From contig JAAOXZ010000079.1 in NCBI GenBank assembly GCA_018221085.1, positions 1 through 37,343 on the forward strand: a stretch of 37,343 nucleotides of DNA, written 5' to 3'. The position numbers and the translations under genes are program-made. This stretch comes from Candidatus Woesearchaeota archaeon (GTDB lineage: Archaea; Nanobdellota; Nanobdellia; Woesearchaeales; GW2011-AR9). Every line of letters starts with the position of its first letter. Within the stretch, counting starts at the first letter, position 1. A model generated the notes under the pieces. It ran no database searches and was not told the origin of the DNA. It saw only the letters and a list, made by a program, of their open reading frames with translations. Of this stretch, positions 7,950-15,763 are shown one piece after another.

Positions 7950-9839
7950 ATGCCCGATATCTTAAAAGAAATTGTTAAAGTACTGCCCGGAGAAAAAATC
8001 TCTGAAGCGACCTTTGAAGCAGCTAATATAGTCCTTTATACTAAAGATAAAGACTTTTTTTTAGATAATCAAGGAAGCATCAGAAAAGCAGTTAGTGAAT
8101 TCAAAAAGAGAATTGAATTACGAGCCGATCCTTCCGTTTGTCTGGGGTTAGAAGAAGCAGAAAAAATCATTAAAGAAATTCTTCCCGTAGAATCAGAAAT
8201 CAAAGATATTATTTTTGATCCTCCACGTTCCGTAGTTATTATCCACGTAGAAAAACCAGGTTTAGCTATTGGAAAACGAGGCGATTTATTAAAACAAATC
8301 AAAGCTAAGACTTTTTGGGTTCCTTTTATCAAAAGAATGCCACCCATACAATCAGAAATCATTGAAGGTATTCGTTCAGTACTTTACCAAAATGCTGATT
8401 ATCGGAAAAAATTCCTTAATAAAACTGGTCATCGAATTTACGATGGTTGGTTGAGGGATAAAAAACACGAATGGATTAGAACTTCCTTCCTCGGGGCTGC
8501 TCGTCAAGTGGGTAGATCGTGTTTACTTTTACAAACCCCTGAATCTAGAGTCTTGCTTGACTGCGGTATTGATGTCAGTGAAGACAGTACTGAAAGTTAT
8601 CCTTATTTAGATGCTCCCGAATTTGATGTTAATGAATTGGACGCCGTCGTTATTAGTCATTCACATTTAGATCATTCTGGATTACTTCCTTATCTTTTTA
8701 AACTGGGCTATAAAGGACCGGTTTATTGTACTCTACCTACTAGAGACATTTCTTCTTTGTTACAACTAGATATGATTAAGATTCAACGTGGAGAGGGTAA
8801 AGAACCGATTTATACTAGCGAAGAAGTTAAAGCTACTGTATTGCATACCATCTGTTTAGATTACGAAGCTGTTACCGACATTACTCCAGACATTAGATTA
8901 ACTTTCTATAATGCCGGGCATATGTTGGGTAGTTCTATCTCTCACTTAAACATTGGTAATGGGTTGCATAACTTGGTTTACACTGGAGACATTAAATACA
9001 GTCGAACCAATTTGTTAGAGCCAGCCAACACCCAGTTTCCTCGAGTAGAAACTCTGATTATAGAAGCTACCTATGGTGGTAAAGATAATGTCATGGTGGA
9101 AACCGAAGCTGACCAATACATGGTTGATGTTATCAAAGATACTATTAAACGGAAAGGAAAAGTTCTGATGCCTGTTTTAGGTTCTGGAAGAGCTCAAGAA
9201 GTAATGATTATTATGGAAAGATTAATTAGAGAAAAACAAATTCCCGACATCCCAGTTTACATCGACGGTATGTTGTGGGACATCACTGCCATTCACACTG
9301 CCTATCCAGAATTTTTGAATCGTAATATCCGTCAACAAATATTTCATAAAGATAAGAATCCTTTTTTGTCACCGATTTTCAAAAGAGTCGGTTCACAGAA
9401 AGAAAGAAAGAAAATTATCTTAGAAGAAGGTTCTTGTTTAATCTTAGCCACTTCTGGAATGTTAACTGGTGGTCCTTCTGTAGAATATCTCAAAAATTTA
9501 GCAGAAGATAAAAGACACACTTTGATTTTTTCTTGTTATCAACCTCCAGGTTCATTGGGCCATCGTATTCGAGGTGGAGAAACCGAACTACCTTTCCGAG
9601 ATCAAGGTAAAACTCATATTCTTAACATCAAAATGGAAATACACAAAGTAGAAATTACTGGTCACTCAGATAGGAGACAATTAATGAATTATGTTAAAAG
9701 ATGTAATCCTTCTCCCAGAAAAGTGATTGTTAATCATGGTGAATCTTCTCGTTGTTTAGATTTAGCTAGTTCTATCCACAAACAGAACAGAATAGAAACT
9801 GTAGCACCTAAAAATCTAGAATGTGTGAGAATAAAGTAA
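7950..9839 (+). CDS. fttA: beta-CASP ribonuclease aCPSF1 (KH + metallo-beta-lactamase + beta-CASP; transcription termination factor FttA)
   Basis: ~630 aa; N-terminal KH-like region, VISHSHLDHSG metallo-beta-lactamase motif, C-terminal GHSD and NHGE motifs. Confidence 0.9.
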   Translation: MPDILKEIVKVLPGEKISEATFEAANIVLYTKDKDFFLDNQGSIRKAVSEFKKRIELRADPSVCLGLEEAEKIIKEILPVESEIKDIIFDPPRSVVIIHVEKPGLAIGKRGDLLKQIKAKTFWVPFIKRMPPIQSEIIEGIRSVLYQNADYRKKFLNKTGHRIYDGWLRDKKHEWIRTSFLGAARQVGRSCLLLQTPESRVLLDCGIDVSEDSTESYPYLDAPEFDVNELDAVVISHSHLDHSGLLPYLFKLGYKGPVYCTLPTRDISSLLQLDMIKIQRGEGKEPIYTSEEVKATVLHTICLDYEAVTDITPDIRLTFYNAGHMLGSSISHLNIGNGLHNLVYTGDIKYSRTNLLEPANTQFPRVETLIIEATYGGKDNVMVETEADQYMVDVIKDTIKRKGKVLMPVLGSGRAQEVMIIMERLIREKQIPDIPVYIDGMLWDITAIHTAYPEFLNRNIRQQIFHKDKNPFLSPIFKRVGSQKERKKIILEEGSCLILATSGMLTGGPSVEYLKNLAEDKRHTLIFSCYQPPGSLGHRIRGGETELPFRDQGKTHILNIKMEIHKVEITGHSDRRQLMNYVKRCNPSPRKVIVNHGESSRCLDLASSIHKQNRIETVAPKNLECVRIK

Positions 9840-9848
9840 GGCTACTTT

Positions 9849-10251
9849 ATGATCAATTTAGATTGTGCTGGTTGTAAAAGAAATTGTTGTACTTTCGCCT
9901 TTAAGAAAATATTTGCCGCCTTAACTCCTCAAGAAGAGGTTGAATTTAAGGATTATTCTATTAAAATAAAAAATGAGGGCGGAGAAATTAGCGTCTTGAA
10001 AAAAGATTCTCAAGGAAATTGTGTTTTATGATGTCAAGGAAGAAAAATGTAAGATTTATTCCAAAAGACCCTTGGATTGTCGTACCTATCCTTTAATGAT
10101 GTGGTTTGACGATAAAATAATCTTTGGATTAGATGGGGATTGTCCCAAAATTAAAGAAATTACTCCGGAAGACATTGAAAAAACCAAACAAGAATGGTTG
10201 AATAGTAAACTACCTCTGTCTTGGATTAAAGCTTACACTGAATTAGAATAA
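9849..10251 (+). pseudogene. YkgJ/UPF0153-family Cys-rich (CxxCxxxCC) protein split by a frameshift into 9849..10031 and 10021..10251
   Basis: The first ORF carries CAGCKRNCC and ends ..GNCVL*. The second continues FYDVKEEKCKIYSKRPLDCRTYP, the usual second half of the domain. The frames switch at the T run 10024..10027. Confidence 0.6.
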
Positions 10252-10263
10252 TTTAACTAAAAT

Positions 10264-10271
10264 TTTATAAA
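10264..10271 (+). promoter_or_regulatory. TATA box (TTTATAAA) for the tRNA-Ser locus
   Basis: 28 nt upstream of the outer acceptor 5' end at 10299; no comparable element before the inner tRNA. Confidence 0.65.
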
Positions 10272-10298
10272 GAATCTTTCTATTTTTATTAACATTAT

Positions 10299-10584
10299 GC
10301 CATCGTCGCATAATCTGGTATTGCGCTGGTCTTGAATTTAAAACTAGTCAACCAGTTTCCTCTGGATACAGAGTGAAATCCAACCTTACTGCCGCGGTCG
10401 CATAATCTGGTATTGCGCTGGTCTTGAAACTTTAGCCTTTGGGTAAAGTCCCAAAAGCAAAGCTTTAGTGAACCAGTTTCCTCTGGATATCCCGGTTCAA
10501 ATCCGGGCCGCGGCGTCAAATAATAGTTGGATTTCACTAGTACCGGAGAATCTTTGATTCTCCTTGTATCCCGGTTCGATGGCG
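10299..10584 (+). other. outer tRNA-Ser-like gene (acceptor, D and anticodon arms, 13-nt 37/38 intron) with its T-arm position occupied by a three-way junction carrying the inner tRNA-Ser
   Basis: GCCATCG (10299..10305) and its exact complement CGATGGC+G (10577..10584). 31-nt and 19-nt blocks are identical to the inner tRNA. 13-bp helix 10372..10384/10526..10538, 7-bp helix 10364..10370/10565..10571, hairpin 10545..10563. No canonical T arm could be folded. Confidence 0.4.
10391..10515 (+). tRNA. tRNA-Ser(UGA), type II, with 42-nt intron 10429..10470 at 37/38; no encoded CCA
   Basis: Acceptor GCCGCGG/CCGCGGC, D loop with GG, anticodon stem CTGGT/ACCAG, loop CTTGAAA, 14-nt variable arm, T arm CCCGG-TTCAAAT-CCGGG, G73. 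Confidence 0.85.
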
Positions 10585-10609
10585 TCATAAATAAAAAAAA
10601 GGTGATAAA

Positions 10610-10810
10610 ATGTTTGAAGAAATTATTTGGTATTTGTTGGTTTTGGATTGTCTTATCTACGCTAGTCTAACTATTACTGCTAGTTGGCATAGTAAAACGG
10701 CACACCACTTTTGGAAAGGAGTTCCTTTACATTGGGGTATGGCCATTTGGTATGCTGTTTTGGTAGCGTGGGTAGGTTATGCTTTATTCAGGTTAGGAGT
10801 ACTATTCTGA
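10610..10810 (+). CDS. small membrane protein (66 aa, 2 TM)
   Basis: Hydrophobic ORF with an AGGTGA SD and no TATA box of its own, directly after the tRNA locus. Confidence 0.55.
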   Translation: MFEEIIWYLLVLDCLIYASLTITASWHSKTAHHFWKGVPLHWGMAIWYAVLVAWVGYALFRLGVLF

Positions 10811-10815
10811 ATAAC

Positions 10816-10823
10816 TTTATAAA
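10816..10823 (+). promoter_or_regulatory. TATA box, leaderless spacing
   Basis: TTTATAAA 22 nt before ATG 10846. Confidence 0.6.
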
Positions 10824-10845
10824 ACCCAAAATATTCCTTTAGTAC

Positions 10846-11565
10846 ATGATTAAAAAGAGGCACCACCCATTTAGATTTATTATTTTTTTATTAATTTTAA
10901 TTGCCATCTACTTTTTAGCTTCTGAAGTCCCATTAGTTAAACAGTATCTTTCTAATCCAGAATCACTCAAAGCCGTAATCCTTGGTTTTGGTATTCTCGC
11001 TCCGTTAGCCATCATTATCTTACAATTCTTCCAAACCACTATTTCCATCCTCCCTTCACAAATTACCACTATTGTCGCTGGTTTTGTTTTTGGACCTATT
11101 TTGGGATTAGCTTATTCCTTAATCGGAGCTTTTTTTGGTTCTATGTTTATATTTCTCATTGCTCGTAAATATGGTAAAAAATTAGCTTTGAAAATCTTTG
11201 AAAAAAAGAGTTTAGTTCATTTTAATGCCCTATTCAAGAGAAAAAAACGTTGGGCCGTTTTATTAACTAGGATGGCCCCTATTTTCCCTAATGATGTCGT
11301 TAGTTTTGGTGCCGGTCTCACAGATATCAAATTAAAATATTTTAATTTGTTTTCTACTATCGGTTTTATTATTCAAATGATCATCTTAACTTACTTTGGT
11401 GCCGAATTATCCACTGGCAAGATTAGTTTACCTTTAATCTTGGTCTCTTCTGCTGTAACTTTGCTTATTTTAATCGCTTTATTCGCTAAACCCATAAAAA
11501 GAATCATTATCAAAGACTTCCACAAGCTTGACAACACCATAGAAAAAGAATTTAAGAAGATTTGA
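10846..11565 (+). CDS. TVP38/TMEM64 (DedA-like, SNARE-associated) family membrane protein
   Basis: Multi-TM; VAGFVFGP..G...IGAFFGSMFIFLIARKYG string typical of the family; TTTATAAA 22 nt upstream. Confidence 0.75.
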   Translation: MIKKRHHPFRFIIFLLILIAIYFLASEVPLVKQYLSNPESLKAVILGFGILAPLAIIILQFFQTTISILPSQITTIVAGFVFGPILGLAYSLIGAFFGSMFIFLIARKYGKKLALKIFEKKSLVHFNALFKRKKRWAVLLTRMAPIFPNDVVSFGAGLTDIKLKYFNLFSTIGFIIQMIILTYFGAELSTGKISLPLILVSSAVTLLILIALFAKPIKRIIIKDFHKLDNTIEKEFKKI

Positions 11566-11579
11566 TTTTCTCCTAAACA

Positions 11580-11587
11580 TTTATAAA
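11580..11587 (+). promoter_or_regulatory. TATA box, leaderless spacing
   Basis: TTTATAAA 22 nt before ATG 11610. Confidence 0.6.
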
Positions 11588-11609
11588 TATAATATCTAAA
11601 AATCCCTTC

Positions 11610-12596
11610 ATGGTAGAACTATATGAAGAGTGTCAACGGATAGAAGCCGAAGCGGATGCTGAAACCGAAATAGCAAGAGATGTTGTTAGGGCTCTTGGTG
11701 AGATAAAAGGACTTGATACAGATATTGCTCGTTTAGAAGACATCGCTGTACCAGACCTTCTTGTTGAAACTTCTGAAAGAATTCCACCAGAACCTTTAGA
11801 ACAAATTGCGTTAGACAGTTCTACAGAACAATACGAACAACAACTAGACTCTTATGCCGAATTAAAAACCCATTACCAAGCTTTGCTGTCAGAAGAAGCT
11901 AGATTATCTAAAAAATACCGTAAAGAAATCAGAAAAGCCCAAAAATATGCTGCTAAACAGGTTAAAAAAGATAAAAAACACTTACAAAAGTTACTTTATC
12001 AATTTGAACAAGAAGATATAGTTGAAGGGAAGGAAGGCATCCAAGTTAAATTAAATGCCCTTTTCCAAGCCGAACAAAGACATTTCCTTAACTACTTAAT
12101 TGACGAACATCCCAATAAGTATCAACAAGATTTCCGCGATTGTTACAACCCCTTACTTCCTTTTCTTCATTTTTCAACTGCAGGAACAGTTCACCAAAAG
12201 ATAATCTTAGATGAACTACAACTCGATCCTCAAGAAAGAAAAGTATTTGAACAATACCAATCAGAAAAGGATGACTTGGAATTAATTATTAATAAAAAGT
12301 TAGGGAAACATCCAAAAAGGACAGATTTAAATCTTGGAGGAGCTACCTTAATTATAAGTGCGTTTTCTTCACTGGGATTTATAGGAATCGCCGCATTAGT
12401 TCATGAGATTTTTGAAATTACGCCTCCAGAACTAGTAATTCCTTTGGTATTTGGACCAGCACTTATGACTACACTAGGGATAGTTTCTGGAATGTATTTC
12501 TCAACCCACCCACAATACAAAGCTAGAAAACAAGCTAAGCAAGATCTAAACAAATTAAAAGCAGAAACCATCAAAATCTTAGCAAAAACCAGATAG
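11610..12596 (+). CDS. membrane protein with acidic ELYEECQRIEAEADA N-terminal domain, coiled-coil middle, C-terminal TM hairpin
   Basis: Paralog of 6166..6855; 44-nt near-identical 5' block; TTTATAAA 22 nt upstream. Confidence 0.7.
   Translation: MVELYEECQRIEAEADAETEIARDVVRALGEIKGLDTDIARLEDIAVPDLLVETSERIPPEPLEQIALDSSTEQYEQQLDSYAELKTHYQALLSEEARLSKKYRKEIRKAQKYAAKQVKKDKKHLQKLLYQFEQEDIVEGKEGIQVKLNALFQAEQRHFLNYLIDEHPNKYQQDFRDCYNPLLPFLHFSTAGTVHQKIILDELQLDPQERKVFEQYQSEKDDLELIINKKLGKHPKRTDLNLGGATLIISAFSSLGFIGIAALVHEIFEITPPELVIPLVFGPALMTTLGIVSGMYFSTHPQYKARKQAKQDLNKLKAETIKILAKTR
11619..11662 (+). repeat. partner of the 44-nt block at 6175..6218
   Basis: See 6175..6218. Confidence 0.9.
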
Positions 12597-12638
12597 TTTA
12601 ACAAAACTTTAATATAATTTGTCTTATTCCTTATTAAA

Positions 12639-13886
12639 ATGCAAGATATCCTAGCTAAAGTTTTGAAGAAAATTAAGCCTACAGCAGCTGAAACTAAGAA
12701 ATTTCAAAGCACTACTAACCAATTCATTAAAAAGCTTAATACTCAGCTTAAAAAAATCCAAGCTAAAGCTATTTTAGGTGGTTCTGGAGAAAAAGATACT
12801 TGGTTATCTGGCTCTCACGATATTGATATTTTTGTCCAATTTGATTATAAAAAATACAAAAACAGTGAAGATCTATCTAACCTCCTAGAAGAAGCCCTTA
12901 AGAAAGCAGTTCCTAAATTTACTCGATTACATGGTTCCAGAGATTACTTCCAAACTAAGCACCAAAATTTCCTTTTTGAAATTGTTCCCATTCTAAAGAT
13001 CACTAAATCTACTCAAGCAGTTAACATTACTGATATTTCTCCCTTACATGCTCAATGGGTTAAAAAATCACCCAAACTAGTTAGAGATCAAATCAGATTA
13101 GTTAAAAAATTTATCAGAGCTAACGATTGTTATGGTGCTGAATCTCATATTGCGGGGTTGAGTGGCTATGTTTTAGAGATTTTAACCATCCATTACGGTT
13201 CTTTTGAAAAACTGATTCGAGCCGCTGCTAAATGGGAACATAAAGATATTTTTGATGTTAAACAATATTACCAAAGACATCAAATTTTCAAAGATATTAA
13301 TCCATCTAAACTTCGTTCTCCCTTAATTGTTATTGATCCAGTGGATAAAACTAGAAACGCGGCCGCTGCCTTCGGTATGGAAAAATTCTTACTCATTAAA
13401 CAAAAAGCTCGAGATTTTCTTAAAGAACCTCATTTAAAATCTTTTGAACGAGAAAAAGTTGATTTTAAAAAATTAGAAAAACAAACTAAATACAATTTAG
13501 TTTATATCGAAATCAATCCTTTAACTGGTAAGGACGATGTAGTCGGTTCTAAGTTATTGAAATCTTTCTTATTATTAAAAAAGAAGTTAATTCCTTTCAA
13601 AATTAAAGAAGCTCAGTGGAAGTGGGATACCAAAGCCATCTTTTATTTTATTCTAGAAAAGAAACAAATTGACCAGTTCTATATTCAAATGGGGCCTCCT
13701 TTGAAGTTTACTGAACACGTAGAAACCTTTAAGAAAAAACACAAAAGTGCCTTCCAAGAAGGGAATAAAATTATGGCTAAGATTCCAGTAGACAATTACA
13801 AATTGGAAGAGTTTGTGAAAGAAGTTCTCCAAGACAAATATATCAAAGAAAGAATCAAGTCCGTAAAATCAATTAAGTTTGGTTGA
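12639..13886 (+). CDS. cca: CCA-adding enzyme (archaeal class I tRNA nucleotidyltransferase)
   Basis: GGSGEKDTWLSGSHDIDIFV nucleotidyltransferase motif and ~415 aa length typical of archaeal CCA enzymes; all tRNA genes here lack encoded CCA. Confidence 0.85.
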   Translation: MQDILAKVLKKIKPTAAETKKFQSTTNQFIKKLNTQLKKIQAKAILGGSGEKDTWLSGSHDIDIFVQFDYKKYKNSEDLSNLLEEALKKAVPKFTRLHGSRDYFQTKHQNFLFEIVPILKITKSTQAVNITDISPLHAQWVKKSPKLVRDQIRLVKKFIRANDCYGAESHIAGLSGYVLEILTIHYGSFEKLIRAAAKWEHKDIFDVKQYYQRHQIFKDINPSKLRSPLIVIDPVDKTRNAAAAFGMEKFLLIKQKARDFLKEPHLKSFEREKVDFKKLEKQTKYNLVYIEINPLTGKDDVVGSKLLKSFLLLKKKLIPFKIKEAQWKWDTKAIFYFILEKKQIDQFYIQMGPPLKFTEHVETFKKKHKSAFQEGNKIMAKIPVDNYKLEEFVKEVLQDKYIKERIKSVKSIKFG

Positions 13887-13895
13887 GTAAATACT

Positions 13896-14498
13896 ATGGA
13901 CTATAAACAGAAAACTATTGAATCCTATAACCAAAACGCAAGGGAATTGTCTGAAAAATTCAAAGAATTAATGAATTTAAAAAGACGAGAATTTCAAAGA
14001 TTTATCGATTTGTTACAAGGTAAAAAAATTTTAGATTTGGGTTGTGGTTCTGGAGATCATTCTCTTTATTATAAAAATAAAGGATTAGATGTTACTTCTA
14101 TTGATTTATCCGAAGAAATGCTTGAATTATGTAAAGAGAAAGGGCTTAACACTTATCTAATGGATATTGAAAATTTAGAATTTAAAAGTGAATCTTTTGA
14201 TGGAATTTGGGCAGTGACTTCTTTGTTACATATTCCCAAATCAAGACTGACAGAAGTTATCAAAAATCTAAATCTACTCCTTAAAAGCGAAGGAATTCTT
14301 TATGTTTGTGTTAAAGAAGGGAAAGGAGAAAAATTAATTGCGGATCAATCTAAAAATACCCAAAGATTTTTTGCGTTTTGGGAAGAAGGAGAGTTAAAGA
14401 AACTGTTCGAAAAGTATTTTATTTTAATTGAAAATAAAAGAGTGCAGTTTAAAAACACTGTTTTTCTACAAGTATTTTTCAGAAAGAAATTATATTAA
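13896..14498 (+). CDS. class I SAM-dependent methyltransferase
   Basis: Motif I ILDLGCGSGDHS, followed by the acidic DL of motif II. Confidence 0.8.
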   Translation: MDYKQKTIESYNQNARELSEKFKELMNLKRREFQRFIDLLQGKKILDLGCGSGDHSLYYKNKGLDVTSIDLSEEMLELCKEKGLNTYLMDIENLEFKSESFDGIWAVTSLLHIPKSRLTEVIKNLNLLLKSEGILYVCVKEGKGEKLIADQSKNTQRFFAFWEEGELKKLFEKYFILIENKRVQFKNTVFLQVFFRKKLY

Positions 14499-14554
14499 TG
14501 TAAATTTCAATTTTAATAACTTTTATATACTTCTAGTTTTCTTTCAAGATTATC

Positions 14555-14953
14555 ATGGCAGAAACAATGAAAGATGCATGTACTCCAATCGAAACACAGA
14601 AATGGCATTGGTACAGTGTTCAAAAAGATTTAGTAGAACAAGGCGGATTAGAAAATGAAGATATTATGATCAATCCACTTTCAGTTAGTGGAGCAAATTG
14701 TGGTGGAGAATATAAGGGAATGAGGTTTATGATAACTTGGGAAAAAGATACGTTTCTTTTACTTTCTTCACAAGAATATATTCCCGAATTAGTTGATGCA
14801 TTTGCAAGTGTTGTAGGATACAAACCCTTTGCTAGATACAAAGAACCAAGCTATGGGTTGGTAACGGTTGAATGGGACAAGCAAGATTCAGAAAGAAAAT
14901 ATAAAGAATTAGAACAAGAAGGAAAACTAGAGTTAACAAAACTTCTTGAATAA
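14555..14953 (+). CDS. hypothetical protein (132 aa)
   Basis: ORF with TTTTATATA 25 nt upstream. Confidence 0.55.
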   Translation: MAETMKDACTPIETQKWHWYSVQKDLVEQGGLENEDIMINPLSVSGANCGGEYKGMRFMITWEKDTFLLLSSQEYIPELVDAFASVVGYKPFARYKEPSYGLVTVEWDKQDSERKYKELEQEGKLELTKLLE

Positions 14954-14969
14954 ATGGTCACTAATTACA

Positions 14970-15284
14970 ATGAAATTTAAAAGTTTTATGTTGGGTATTT
15001 GTTTTGGAGCTGCTACCATTGGCTTAGGACTAACTTATATTGGCGGTACTCTCGCCGAACCTAAACATTCCTATGCCGCTGGAGACCTAAATCAAGACGG
15101 AATTCCCGATATGGTTATTGAACAAGTCAGCGGATACAAAACACCGATGTATGGAGTTCCAGTAGGAAAAGGAATTCTTTACGTTACTGCTAGTGAAATT
15201 AAGAAACGGAGTACTAACTTTGAGCATCCCAAATTTGATTATCAAGGAATGGAAGAATTTCTAAACGAAGATATGTTATTTTAA
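14970..15284 (+). CDS. small membrane-anchored protein with DxNxDGxxD (FG-GAP/Ca-binding-like) loop
   Basis: The track ORF starts at TTG 14946; the first in-frame ATG is at 14970. N-terminal TM; DLNQDGIPDMV. Confidence 0.5.
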   Translation: MKFKSFMLGICFGAATIGLGLTYIGGTLAEPKHSYAAGDLNQDGIPDMVIEQVSGYKTPMYGVPVGKGILYVTASEIKKRSTNFEHPKFDYQGMEEFLNEDMLF

Positions 15285-15285
15285 A

Positions 15286-15594
15286 ATGAGAAAAACTTTA
15301 ACTACTATTCTTGCTGGTGTAATGGCCTTAGGTCTAGCTGGTTGTGATAAAGAATTAGACTACGTACGAATTGATTGTAAAACAGACATCGATGCCATCC
15401 AAGTAGTTGATAATCATAAAAAAGCTGACTTTGATCTAAAAACCATTGAATTATATTCTAAAGGGAAACTAGTCGGAGAATTCAGTTTTATGCCTACTAC
15501 TACTGACGTCAAAAATATCTGGTACCGATGTGAAAACGGCCAAATAGTTAATATTGACAATCGTGGCAACATTTCTTACCGCAAGTCTAGATAA
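15286..15594 (+). CDS. putative lipoprotein (102 aa)
   Basis: Signal peptide ending in the lipobox-like LGLAGC. Confidence 0.6.
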   Translation: MRKTLTTILAGVMALGLAGCDKELDYVRIDCKTDIDAIQVVDNHKKADFDLKTIELYSKGKLVGEFSFMPTTTDVKNIWYRCENGQIVNIDNRGNISYRKSR

Positions 15595-15601
15595 AATTAA
15601 A

Positions 15602-15720
15602 TGTCCCCACGGGGAATTTCATGCCTAAGGTATGAACCTTTTAGCAAATTTGAACCCCGGTCTTAGGCTGTTTACACGAATACCGCAAGCCTATATGCTA
15701 TCCAACTACACTATGGGGAC
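15602..15720 (-). tRNA. tRNA-Arg(GCG) with two BHB introns: 13 nt at 37/38 (15670..15682) and 33 nt in the T loop at 59/60 (15616..15648)
   Basis: Reverse strand: acceptor GTCCCCA/TGGGGAC+A, anticodon stem TAGGC/GCCTA, loop TTGCGG..A, T arm CGGGG-TTCAAA[33 nt]T-CCCCG. Both introns have a 4-bp helix flanked by 3-nt bulges. TATA-like element ~30 nt upstream. Confidence 0.85.
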
Positions 15721-15750
15721 AGTAAATTAAACATCCAAAAAGAAGTCGTC

Positions 15751-15760
15751 TTTAAAAAAT
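15751..15760 (-). promoter_or_regulatory. TATA-like element for tRNA-Arg
   Basis: Reverse strand ATTTTTTAAA ~30 nt upstream of 15720. Confidence 0.5.
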
Positions 15761-15763
15761 TAT

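Noticed and set aside
10295-10588. 97-aa reverse-strand ORF from the track
   Set aside because: It lies entirely over the tRNA-Ser locus. Its length is explained by the G+C-rich structured RNA sequence, and it has no promoter or SD.
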